From Nymphaea colorata (lineage: Eukaryota), in contig NC_045138.2 in NCBI RefSeq assembly GCF_008831285.2, positions 11,160,001-11,224,000 on the forward strand: DNA of 64,000 bases. Direction: 5' to 3'. How positions within the stretch are numbered: the first letter of the stretch is position 1; each line of letters begins with the position of its first letter. Positions 1-11,485 of this stretch are shown here, in pieces. The notes under the pieces are model-generated. The model was not told where the DNA came from. It saw nothing but the letters and a program-made list of their open reading frames with translations, and did not search any database. A program made the translations under genes and the position numbers.

Positions 1-323
1 TCCCCACCATGAGTGAATCACATGGTGAGAGAGAGATTCACTGCAATATGTATAATTTAAATGCCTATTAAGGATGAATGCATTCTCATGAATCTGATCT
101 ACCTTTGCACCGCAAAATTATGGATGAACCAGCTTGAACATCCTATTATTTCTTTTTCATTCAAGATCATTTTGATTGATGTCTTCTCAATTTAATTGGT
201 CAAGGGTGGTGGAAGAGATTAAAAACTAGTTTTCAATCTCCCTGCGTAAAAGAGCCCAACTATGAATCATCACCATTCATAAGTTATGTGGTCTATTGTT
301 AAAAGGGGTAAGATGCATGTGTG

Positions 324-381
<58 letters not shown>

Positions 382-399
382 CTTCTGTTAAAAATCATT

Positions 400-2923
400 T
401 TTCTCTTTTAAAGTTAAGTTGGAATACATTTCCAAGCTGATTTTAAGAAAAGGGAATCATTATGTGGACTTTTGTAATACAAAACTACAATATCACTTTC
501 ATTTCATTTCAAAATTCATGCGTGAAGTGCATGCAAGTTGCTGAAATCAGACCATGTTTTACAAAAATTAGTTTAAAAACTTCAAATTTTACATACTTGA
601 AATATCAATTTTCAACCACATAGTGGCTATCATTCATAGAACAAGATATAGTTCTAATTCTATTCAATCCTCCCCCAGAACACTTTAGGGATTGCTGGTT
701 TCTTTTATCAATTTTTAGATTTACATATGATAAGCTAAGATATAAAAATAATGTAAAATCATACTCAAGAATCTAATTTTAATATCTTCCAAAGGAGAAG
801 ATGCTGAAATCATCCCAGGGATGGACAGATCTTTTGGCATAAGAATCTGAAATCTAATTTGGCTTTGGAGAAAGAAAGGTTTCTAAAACTTCATGACGTG
901 AATGAAAGCATATTCTCAAGAAGCACATGCCCTTTTGATGACTTGGATGCTTAACCTATATGCAGTCAAGCAAAATTTCATCATTCATTAAGAATCAAAC
1001 ATTCTTAGAACCAATGTTTTAAATTTTAAACCGTTTAAATCAGTATAAAATCTGATTTTATGACAATTTTGAGGCGAAGTGGGTATTATCCACACCTTTC
1101 CTATATTTTGAAGATGGATTTTAACTTTATTTACATGATTTTCAATTATTTTGAGATTTTTATTCAAGTCTGAAGCTTGTGGACTGCATCTCTAACTTTT
1201 ATGTTAATATGATAAGCACAATTGGAGAAAGTCCTACATTCTAATTAAAAATCAATCTTTATGTGTGAAGATAATATGATGTATGATCACATGAATAAAT
1301 TTTGAGAGATTATGGGAGAGAGAAGAATAAATGTTTCATATAGCTTCTCTTCTTATTTCATCCATTCATACTCTCCGAAAATCAATGGCACCACGTGCAC
1401 ATTCTCTAGAAATTAAATGATTCAATTTTGAGTTGAAAAAGATGACCAAGTCATATTGCAACAAGCATTTGAAGAATTCACTTAGTTTACAAAGAAAACA
1501 TAAGCATCACATCCCCAATGTTAGCCAAAACCTGTTTTGAAAACAATATGTTTTCTGACATTTTAGAACCCATGTTTACTTGAGTAAATCCAAATTTTCT
1601 CATTCATATCTCTAAGACCTAATCACATGATTTGGCAAAAGAATTTCAAAATCAATTCAGCTTACTAAGGTAACTTGACCATTTTCCTAAAAGTTGATCA
1701 TAAGATCAACCCAAAATTTTAAAATTATCTTGAGTTTACGACAAAAAAGTCGATTTCAATCTTCGAAATCTCTAATTTTCCCCACAAGTTACGATCTAAA
1801 AACGTCAATTGACTTTCAAAATCATGACGATTATTAATCCCATTCAATCCAAATGGCATGCAAGTTCAACCAAAATAATGGTCTTCAATACAAATCAATT
1901 AGAAAATTTTCCAAAGAATTTCCAAAATAACTTGTAAAAACAAGTCATTTTCTCAAGCAACTTGTTTCAATTTCACTTCAAAACAAGTTCAAATCATTTG
2001 TTCGAAATGAACTTTTGATTGTTAAACCAAAGCCTCATTGCACAAGCATATAGGATTTGCATCGATAACTTGTACGTTATCCAAAGAATCTTTAGTCCTT
2101 GGTCCAATTACCCCTGTTAAAGGCGGCAAGAGTGGTTGGACCTTGTACCGACAGGCAGATTCCTTTCTTTTGAAAGTTTTTCTCAAAACCAAACTCAAAA
2201 AATTTTGCTGATTCGCATCATCGATGCCCCTGAGGACGAGGAGGGGTGCGAACAAACCTATACTAGAGTGACCTTTTGGTCCAATGAAGTGAGTTTCCCA
2301 CTTGTTGAAGTCTGCTCCTACTTGTTGAAGTGTGCTCCTACATGTCCAGCGTCTTGGTGGATGGAAAAGTTGTGGGAAAGGTGGAGATGTAGGAAAGATG
2401 CTCGTTGAATGTCCTCAGGGCAAAGAAAGAGCCATCCTCAAGCTTGCTAGTCCCTGCAAAAGCAACACAAAAAAAGGAAAATAGACACTAAAAACACTGG
2501 GAAACACAAGAAGAGAGGTGGAAAAGAAGAGAATGGGAACCTGGCAAACGGTCATGGTGAATATGGGCACCTGGTAAATAGCTACGGTACCACAAGCTTC
2601 ATGCTTCTTCAACACTAACACCATGAAAGCTCCACTCCAAGGATGAAAACTCTCCTTTAGGGATCATGCCATATTTGTTTTCCTCTATTTTTAGCACTTG
2701 GGAAATTACAGTTAACCTCTTATTATGAAAACTGTTGTGAAAAACCTTTAAAAATCTCTCTTGCTCAAGGACTCTAGGCTCCCTTTTTGGGTTTCCATGT
2801 GAATGTTGCTCCATATAATAAGTCTTACTTTTTAACATGCTTAAAATATAAAAAATATTTCAAATTAATTTAAAAATAAAAATTTAAAGCATATATAATC
2901 CCATATCGAACTTGTATCTTTAC
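400..2923. mobile_element. Possible old LTR-type remnant
   Basis: Non-genic sequence ending in LTR-end-like gtatctttaca just 3' of the OTP84-like gene. No partner LTR or TSD in the window. Confidence 0.25.
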
Positions 2924-3185
2924 AGTCCAATAAAGTGCCATACTAATAGCAAGTTTCTTTGATTAGACCAGTATGGCTAACAATTACGTGAGCTGCACCC
3001 CAAGCCATGGCAAGTCCTAACACGTTTAAGATCTTAAACTCTCAGAATGTTTCCATTATCGCTGCCCATTATGAAAGTGCATGGAGATACAGCCATGCCA
3101 GTGGCTGAAGGCTTAACGTGAATACTAAAAATTATGAAGGTTAAAGGTCCAATTCCAGGTGCAGTTGGGAAAAACAGCAGCACGT

Positions 3186-5783
3186 TCACCAGTAGTCTCC
3201 GCAGGAGCACTCCCCATCTCTAAAATGATGGAATCTTCGGATGTCCCGAACAAGAATTCGTCTCTCTGTAATTTTGGAGATTATCTTAATAGCATTGTGG
3301 CAGTCATTGCAAACTCTTAGGTTCTTGGTCACACGAATCACTGCCCCAGGGGGAGTGTTGAGGATCCCAAAAGCGATGGCCAGCCTCTCACTGTGCCGAT
3401 GCAGCAGCAATTCTTTCTGATCATCCTCGATGTCATGGAGCACACAACTTGTGTCAGGAACATAACCTCCTTTCTTCATCTCCTCCAACAACTCTTCCAG
3501 GAACTCATAGACTTGCTCACATTGTTGATGAACACCATCTCCAACCAAAAAGTTGTGAATTTCGTTGCCAATCTCAATCCAACTGCAACCAGGCTCCTTT
3601 TTCACTCCCCTTTCTTTCATAGTACCCCTGACCTTAGTCACCGCTTCCCACAGCCCGGATGCTGCATAAATGTTAGAGAGGAGGACATAGTGGCTGGGTA
3701 CCTGGGGCTCTAGAGCGAAAAGGTGATCTGCAGCAATTTCTCCAAGTGCTACATTGTTATGGATTCTACATGCTCCCAACAAGCTGCTCCACACGCTGGC
3801 GTCGGGCTTGTTAGACATGCTAAGTATCAGCTGGTAAGCCTCTTCCAGCTGCCCTGCTCTGCCAAGCAGGTCTACCATACAGGCATAGTGGTCTGGTTGT
3901 GGTTCTATGGAGTATTCGATTCTCCTCAGTTTGTCAAAAATTTCCTTTCCTTGGTTCACTAGTCCTGAGTGACTGCATGCCGCAAGAACGGCAATAAATG
4001 TTACCTCATTAGGCTGAACTTTCTCCTCGTTTTCTAGTTTATAGAAAAGATCGAGTGCTTCCTCACCTTGGCCATGCATTCCGTATCCCAAGATCAATGA
4101 ATTCCATGTGATTACATTCCTTTCAGGCATTTCATCAAATACTCTTCTAGCTGCACCTAAGCACCCACATTTTGCATAGACATCCACAAGTGCACTGCCA
4201 ACACCAATATTAGAATATAAAAGATCATTCTTCAGGGCATAAGAATGCATCTCCTTTCCCTTTGTCAGAGCAGCCAAGTAAGCACAAGCAGGAAGAGCAG
4301 CCATCAACGTAACAGAATTAGGTCGGAGATAACCTCCGGAACTTTTCTGTATCTCTCCTAATAACTTGAGCGCTTCGTCATGATACCCGCAAATCACATA
4401 TCCAGTTATCATGGTATTCCATGATACCAAGTCTCTGTTCCCCATCAGTTGGAAAATTCTCTTTGAGATCTCTATCGTCCCCACCCTAGAATACATGTCC
4501 ACAAGAGCATTCTGAACAAACCTATCCAACACAAACCCCAACTTCAGGACCATACTGTGTACATCTCTACCTCCATTAAACCCATGGGAACGGGAACATG
4601 CCGGTAAAACACTAGCCATCGTAGTCGGGTTTGGTGTAATTCCATTGGACAGCATAGCAACAAATAGCTCAAGTGCATCACTGTCGAACTCATTCTGCGC
4701 ATAACCTGTGATCATGGCATTCCACAGCCCAATCTTCTTATTACTAGGGACCATCTCAAAAACTCTCACACCTGCCCCGACTCTGCCACAGTTGCAGTAC
4801 ATATCAACAAGAGCACTAGCCACATAGTCATTAAGAAAGATACCTTTATTCCTCAAAGCAAATGCATGGATCTCTCTGCCTAATCTCAAGCAACGAGTTT
4901 GAGCACAAGCGGGGAGTATGCTTGCAATAGTAACGCCATCCAGTTCTGGAACATGCTCCTCTGTCAACAGGAGATAAAAGAAGTGCAGTGCTTCTACGGA
5001 CAAATCATTGTGAGTATAAGCAGCAATCATGGTGTTCCATGAGACAAGATCTATGTTCTTACCAGCATGGGCCAAATTGAATACCGCCCTTGCTTCCCTA
5101 ATCTTTCCAAGGCTAGCATACATAGAAATCAAAGCATTACTAGTGAATGTCTGGGCATCCAACAAGCCACATTTCATAGCAAAGCCATGCAACTCCCTAC
5201 CCAACAACAGTTCATGGAGACGCCCACAAGCAAGCGCCCCGCTAACCAACGTAAACGAAGTTGGTTCTACATGTGGCTCCCTCTGCATCTCTCTAAACAA
5301 CCACAATGCCATCTCATAATCCTCTGCCTCGCACAACGCAGCGATAACAGAATTCCACGACACATGGTCTCTCTGAGGCATTGCGTCGAACAACTGAAGT
5401 GCATCAACCGTCCGTCCACACCTCCCATATAAGGTAATGATCGTATTGCATACCGCTGTAGAACAGTAATAACCAGTCTTCACGGCGAGGCCATGCGTCT
5501 GTCTCCCAACCGACAGGTCTCCGAGGGCAGTTGCTGCTTTAATAACAGCCGGGAAGACGAAGTTGTCAACCGAAACTCCAGTGCATAGCATGTTGATGTA
5601 AGTACTCAATGCGTCGTTATATTGCCCGGACCGAGTAAATTCCCTTATCTTCTCCGTCCATACGACCTGTCTGCGGTTGAGGGAATCAGCATTGACTTGC
5701 ACAGGAGACACCAGAGGAACTTGGCGGCGATGGTGACGCTGATTGGTGCTGGAGGGAGGAGCAGGAAACGCGGCAGCAGCCAT
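3186..5783 (-). CDS. OTP84: PLS-class PPR-DYW protein, OTP84/At3g57430-like plastid RNA-editing factor (intronless)
   Basis: Long ORF of PLS repeats, E domain, PG box (KEPGCSWIE), HSERLA...CNDCH zinc motif and terminal CSCGDYW. Segments such as SALVDMYCNC, KIGLWNAMITGYAQNEFD and LDRFVQNALVDMYSR match my recollection of At3g57430. The ORF track starts at a TTG (5828); the first ATG is at 5783 (MAAAAFPAPPSS..., transit-peptide-like). Confidence 0.9.
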   Translation of the reverse strand: MAAAAFPAPPSSTNQRHHRRQVPLVSPVQVNADSLNRRQVVWTEKIREFTRSGQYNDALSTYINMLCTGVSVDNFVFPAVIKAATALGDLSVGRQTHGLAVKTGYYCSTAVCNTIITLYGRCGRTVDALQLFDAMPQRDHVSWNSVIAALCEAEDYEMALWLFREMQREPHVEPTSFTLVSGALACGRLHELLLGRELHGFAMKCGLLDAQTFTSNALISMYASLGKIREARAVFNLAHAGKNIDLVSWNTMIAAYTHNDLSVEALHFFYLLLTEEHVPELDGVTIASILPACAQTRCLRLGREIHAFALRNKGIFLNDYVASALVDMYCNCGRVGAGVRVFEMVPSNKKIGLWNAMITGYAQNEFDSDALELFVAMLSNGITPNPTTMASVLPACSRSHGFNGGRDVHSMVLKLGFVLDRFVQNALVDMYSRVGTIEISKRIFQLMGNRDLVSWNTMITGYVICGYHDEALKLLGEIQKSSGGYLRPNSVTLMAALPACAYLAALTKGKEMHSYALKNDLLYSNIGVGSALVDVYAKCGCLGAARRVFDEMPERNVITWNSLILGYGMHGQGEEALDLFYKLENEEKVQPNEVTFIAVLAACSHSGLVNQGKEIFDKLRRIEYSIEPQPDHYACMVDLLGRAGQLEEAYQLILSMSNKPDASVWSSLLGACRIHNNVALGEIAADHLFALEPQVPSHYVLLSNIYAASGLWEAVTKVRGTMKERGVKKEPGCSWIEIGNEIHNFLVGDGVHQQCEQVYEFLEELLEEMKKGGYVPDTSCVLHDIEDDQKELLLHRHSERLAIAFGILNTPPGAVIRVTKNLRVCNDCHNAIKIISKITERRILVRDIRRFHHFRDGECSCGDYW

Positions 5784-5967
5784 TGCTTCCAAGCGGCGTT
5801 CATGTAAAAGCGATATCCTCTTCAACAATAAATAATTTCATTGCAAATAATAATGCCAAGGAAATATCACATTTTATTGCCTTCCGGAGAGTAGTTTGAC
5901 TTTCTGAATTCCAGCTTTACCACATGTTATCTACATACAAAAATAGTATCACAATTCACGTATACAC

Positions 5968-6012
<45 letters not shown>

Positions 6013-6213
6013 ATTAAATTTATATAACAGAACTTTGCGTGCTTGTTTGTTTGGCACCGGATAAAGCTTTTCTCAACTAAAGCACCATAGGGAACATTCA
6101 TCCTGAATGTAACATCTATATAAAATTTCTCATTGACATGGATATTCGGTTTCTTTAAAATTTATTTGAAAAACATTTTATTTCTTAGATAAAGTAACAC
6201 CTAGTCACTTTAT

Positions 6214-6636
6214 TATAACACTTCAAAAGTTTAGTCTCGTATCTAAAATTATAAAGGATCTTCGGATACTTATAAAAGAAGTTAAAATGGTTGGTTGTCT
6301 TGGTTCTTAACTTTTTTTCGAGGTAAAACTAAAACCATTAGGAATGGAGTTGGGATCCAGATTGAAGACCTGAGCCTGATGTCGGACGGGTTGTTATAGT
6401 GGTATCAGAATATAGTTTGACACTCAAACAATCCTACACGTGTAGATGTGTGTGCTAGGAATGAATTATAACACCTCAAAAGTTTAATCTCATATATAAG
6501 AATGTGAGAGATCTTGAAAAACTTAAAATGGTTGGCTATCATACTTTTTAGTTTTTTTTTTTGTTGAAATTGTTAGGGGACGGGATGAAATCTATCATAC
6601 TAGGGACCTGAACTCGATGTAGTTCGGGTTGTTATA
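6214..6636 (+). mobile_element. TRIM-like miniature LTR retrotransposon (old, diverged)
   Basis: Two diverged direct repeats, 6214-6398 and 6467-6636 (both tataacac.tcaaaagttta...cgggttgttata), separated by 68 bp that begins with the PBS tggtatcaga (6400-6409) and ends purine-rich (aggaatgaa). No TSD found. Confidence 0.72.
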
Positions 6637-8339
6637 GAAGTTTACTGCGATTGAGACGGATGAAACCTAGTCCTTATACATATAACCTTTCTTAGCACAA
6701 ATGAAAGGTATTGGATGTCACGTATTTTCAAGGTCAAACCTCCAAATAGCTATTTCCGCTTAAGAGAGTGCCTGTGATCTCATTAAATGGTTATTAATAT
6801 TGAAGGTAACACAAATCATTCAAAGTGTTTACCAAAAGTGGAATGGAATTCTTGAGTATGGTCCTTGGCTACTAAATTAGCTTTCACCTTATAGATGCAT
6901 CTATAAACAAATGGTTATAAATAAGAATGTATGAAAAAACAAACTTATTGGAGTTCCTATCATTCTCTCCCATCTAGGGGAATTTGCTTGTTGGCATTGA
7001 AGCAATAGACGGTACTTGAATCTTCACTTGAATAATTAAGGATTACATTCTATTCATTCTAGTGTAAATTGCTACCAACGGATCTTCCTTTCCTAATATT
7101 TAACCTAAAATTTTCTGCATTGACCAAATCTAACAATGAATACATCATTGTGGCTATTGTCTTCATCGCTAAGAAGCAATTCAAACAAGAAATAATATTC
7201 AATATTTTCATTTTGAGTTTCAAATCAAAATATACTATCTTTTCCCCCAAAATTTAGGTTATTTGAAATAAATAATTTGTCAACTTTTGCATCATAACAT
7301 CTATTCCTTTTTAAATATTTGAATATCCAGTAAGGGCATAAGGAATAGCTCTTGAGGATACTTTCCTCTTTTATAAGTTAAAATTAATGAAGCGCACACA
7401 CTAAAAAAATTCTAAGCCTTTTGTAATGTGGCATTTTATTAGCAGGATAAATCAATCTAAGGGGGCAGTTTCGCCCCAAAATTTCTTTGAAATACTTCCT
7501 AAGATGAGAAAAGCCAAATAGTTTCAATTATACGCTATGTTTTCCATAAGATAAGCCATGTCACTGAGAATATCTATGGCAAAATTTTTTATGGTCATTT
7601 TATTAATTTTCAAATAAATTTTTGAATTCATGTGATAGCTCCCATGTTGATTCTCAAAATCCTAGCCGCCAGCCACCAAAACGATGCACCATACTCTTAC
7701 ATGAAGTTGTCAGGAAAGTGCTAATCTCAAAAGGTACTGCTCATAATTGTAACCTCATATCAAATCATGAAAATATAACATGGTGACAACATCATATAGA
7801 AGTATCTTGAAGCACTTGCTCAACTTCGGGATGTCCTTGCACTATTGAGCCATAGGGGAATATTATTTAACTTACTACTAACCTTAGAGAAATTGGAAGT
7901 TCAAAAAAATTAATTCTACAAGTTTGCGGTAAGGCTTACGTCAGAATGTGATGGTGGTAGAACCTCTCTTATTGATAGAAAGTGTTCAAACTATTCAGAA
8001 TCATGATCGGCAAAAGTTCAGGTTCTATAAGTTCATTTATCCATTCTAATTAAAAATAAAATGACGTCCACTATCTACAATAAAAGAAAGAGTCATAAAT
8101 GCCTTATAAAGAATGAGCAGAATCTGGATCTGACATAGACTAGAATGAAGAAGTACCTGGTATGCTACAAGTATTTGCATCCTAGAATTGCTATACAAAC
8201 ATGGGTGTGTGAAGTGAACCAACATGGAGTAGCCATGTGACTTGGGGCTGAACTTAATAAGAGAATAGGCTCCTGGACTCAAACGAAGAGTGACAATGTT
8301 ATCTCATCTCATTTCATGACTCATGTCTAATGTTAAAAC

Positions 8340-8490
8340 CTATGTTACATGGATGCTTTAAAATGCACCCAGTACCCATGTCGACATGATACGAGTGCCG
8401 GCTGCGTCTTCGTTGTGCACCTGATTTTTTTTTTTTTCTATTTTCTCTCTTTTTTTTTCCCTTTTTCCTCACCCCTTTTTCCTTTTCCCT

Positions 8491-8529
<39 letters not shown>

Positions 8530-9060
8530 CTTTGAGTTTTCTCATTCTCTTTTTAAAAAAGAAGACAATCAAAGGTGGTCTTCCTTTTTAAAAAAGAAGA
8601 CAATTAAAGGACAACCAGTGTACTGTTCTTTAAAAACTTTTAAAAAGTCGACTAGACTAGGTATATTTAAAAGAAAAAATTTTATTTTATTTCCTCTATC
8701 TCTCTTTCTTCTTCAAACTTTTAACTTTCTTTTTTTCTTTAAAAAGGAAGACAACAAAAAAACTACTGTGCAAAAGGCTCAGCATAAGGACCAAGTTTCT
8801 GTCCTTCAACTAGACTGCTTGCATTTAAAAAGAATATACTTTATTCAACTTAAAATTTTAAAAATTAACTGTCCTTAAAATGCACTGTCGGCCAGATTGC
8901 CTACATTTTAAAAGAGCTTTATTTTATTCAAATTAAAATTTTAATAATAAATTACATTCTATTTTCATGTGCCCTTAAAATGCACCCAATATTAACATTC
9001 AATTTAAAAATTTAAAATGGACCCAACAAGCAAAATAACCTTTGAAAATAACTTAATTTA

Positions 9061-9104
<44 letters not shown>

Positions 9105-9192
9105 CCCAAATTTTCTGATATGTGCCACACTGTCACCGGTACCGGCATCCTCACTAGCACCAGCACAGGCATCCCACACCTATGTGACACAA
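8340..9192. mobile_element. Non-autonomous DNA transposon of the same CTATGTCACATG family
   Basis: Begins ctatgttacatgg and ends tatgtgacacaa, with gcacc-rich subterminal repeats. TSD not recognisable. Confidence 0.55.
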
Positions 9193-9741
9193 CCTAACGC
9201 CAGATCTGGATCTGATCATGACCAGAACCATGAAGTATCCAGTATGCTAAAAAATGACATACCAACATGGGTGCATCACCCGATATGGAGTACCCATGTG
9301 ACTTGGAGTTGATCTCAATAAGGAGGAGAATGGTTTCTTCAATTCAGATCAAGAGTGATAAATGTTATTGTTGCTTCTTGACTCATGTCTAATGTCAAGG
9401 CCTATAGTACATATAGTCAAGTATTTCACCAATTCATCCCAATCCTATGTCTACCCAGACGATGAAGCTTCTTCTAAAACCAAAATACTGAAAGTTGGAA
9501 AAGGTACGTTGAAACAAAATTCTTATAAATCCAAAACATTAGATGTGTTCTAAGCAAACCAAAATCTTCTGTCTATTGCTCAAATTATCAATCACAAACA
9601 TAATCCCTCATTCTCCTCTAGAGTTGTTTTATGCAAGATAAGTGGTCATTTTATTTGATTTGGGAAGGTCTTTATAATAGAGGAGATCTTTAGTTAGACA
9701 TTCCTAAGCATGCTTTTTGTAATTTAGCCCAAACGAATGAC

Positions 9742-10526
9742 CTATGCTACATGGGCAACTATATCACATGGATGTGGGGTGCGGGTGCTAGTGTGGATGC
9801 AGATGCGGATGCGGGTAAAAGTATAGCAATTTAAAAAAAAAAAAAAAAAAAAAAACAGTGTGAGTCTTTTATTTGATTTGGGAAGGTCTTAAAAGAGGAG
9901 ATCTTTAATTAGATGTTCCTAAGTATGAATTTTGTAATGTAGCCCAAACTAATGACCTATGTCACATGAATGTAGGGTGTGGGTGCATATGTGTATATAT
10001 ATACAAATACACAATACACATATATATATATATATAGTTAATTAACTGTCTAAAAGCCTAATTTCTCCATATTTACATTTTAGTCACATCTATAATAGGG
10101 CTAGCGTAGTCAGCTGTGCAACTAAAATGGACAGTTCATGCCCAACTGCAATGGACGTACCATGTTCGAGCTGCACCAGCACCTAATTCGTGTGTGCAGC
10201 AACTCCTTAGAAGCACCCATGTGACATAAATGGGTACAAACACCAATGTAAAGAATTTTCAAAAAACTTAGATGCAGAGAGACAGCCATTTATGTATGTA
10301 TCAAATCCGTTTGTGTAGGCATATGCATATATAGCAGCAATAATTTTTTAAGCAATGAACACATATATTCATTATTTATACTCATAAAATATAAATTACT
10401 AAAAAAATATACTAAGATATAGAAATATGAGGCTAACATGTCCAAGGTAAGTCTTGACACCTGCACCTGTGTCCAGCTACTCTGACATGAGTTTGGTGCT
10501 TTTCCAGGCTTATCCATGTGACATAG
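9742..10526. mobile_element. Nested non-autonomous hAT-type MITEs (TIR CTATGTCACATG...CATGTGACATAG)
   Basis: Left ends at 9742, 9759 and 9957; right ends at 10229 and 10526. Near-matching 8-bp TSDs: ctaatgac or cgaatgac vs ataatgac, and atgggcaa vs atgggtac. Confidence 0.7.
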
Positions 10527-11117
10527 ATAATGACGTTTAACTTTGGTGCAAAACAAATGAAGAGTCCTACTAAAGTTCCATATAAACCATTTGAAATGGA
10601 TTTTGTAATGAAAAGATCAAATTGAACGTAATGATTTGATATTAGGAAAAAAGAAATCCAAGTTTTTCTTGGAGAAGAGGTGTTCTTGACAAGAGGTTTT
10701 TTTGAGTTGTGCACTATGTATAACCTAATCATGTTGTTTCCAATGCGGACAAAAGGGGGTTATTATGCAATTTTTCTTGATGATTATTCTAGACGTTCCT
10801 TGATCTTTTATGATCTATTATATTTTAATTTGAATATCAGTTGATGGCCTTCTTCACAAGGATCTTGCATTGCCTAATTATCTCTCTCCTTTGACAAACT
10901 TTTAATTGTGGCACCAAAAGCTTTAGGTTGGTGTTAAATTATGATTTACATGTCCGCATATGTGTATGCATACTTATACATCTAATATGTATGTTAATAA
11001 TTCAAGCACTGTACATGTTAATGTACATGTTACTATACATTCTGTTTTTTTTAAAAAAAAAAAAAAAGCAAATAATCATAGAAAATCACCCCCTTTTTTT
11101 CTTTTGAGAGTTGGCCA

Positions 11118-11485
11118 TGTTAACAGAAACACCGTGAAGGCTTTCAATGTGAATTACTTGGGAGATGAAAAGTCATATCTCTTAAGAGATGAAAAGTCAT
11201 GTTTGTTGGGGGATGAAAAGTCATGTCTCTTAAGAGATGAAAAGACATGTCTCTTGAGAGATGAAAAGTCATGTCTCTTGAGGGATGAAAAGTCATGTAT
11301 GTTGAAAGATGAAAAGTCATGTCTCTTGGGAACTAGAGACCCCTTATGTAACTCCTCTATATAAATGAGTCTCTCCATCAAAGGAAGGCAAGTAAGAAAT
11401 GATAGAGCAGTGGACGTAGGCCATTGGCTGAACCACTTTAAAAATTCATGTCCCTTTAATTATTTCTTCATTTTCATTTCTTACA
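11118..11485 (+). mobile_element. Solo LTR (368 bp) with an internal tandem array
   Basis: TGTTA...TTACA termini; flanks ggcca/ggccc (4/5 TSD match); TATATAAA at 11358; LTR-typical motif gtggacgtaggcc...gaaccac at 11410-11436. Confidence 0.72.
11157..11330. repeat. 24-bp tandem repeat x7 (ctcttaagagatgaaaagtcatgt)
   Basis: GATGAAAAG recurs at 11164, 11188, 11212, 11236, 11260, 11284 and 11308. Confidence 0.95.

Noticed and set aside
3393..5807. Short antisense ORFs overlapping the OTP84-like gene (likewise over the other PPR genes and the copia element)
   Set aside because: Shadow ORFs of long coding sequences, with no recognisable domains.
11157..11330. CRISPR-like array or repeat-protein gene (ORF 10960-11364, DEKSCLLR repeats)
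   Set aside because: The units are head-to-tail with no unique spacers, the context is eukaryotic, and the array lies inside a solo LTR. The ORF is a by-product of the 24-bp period.
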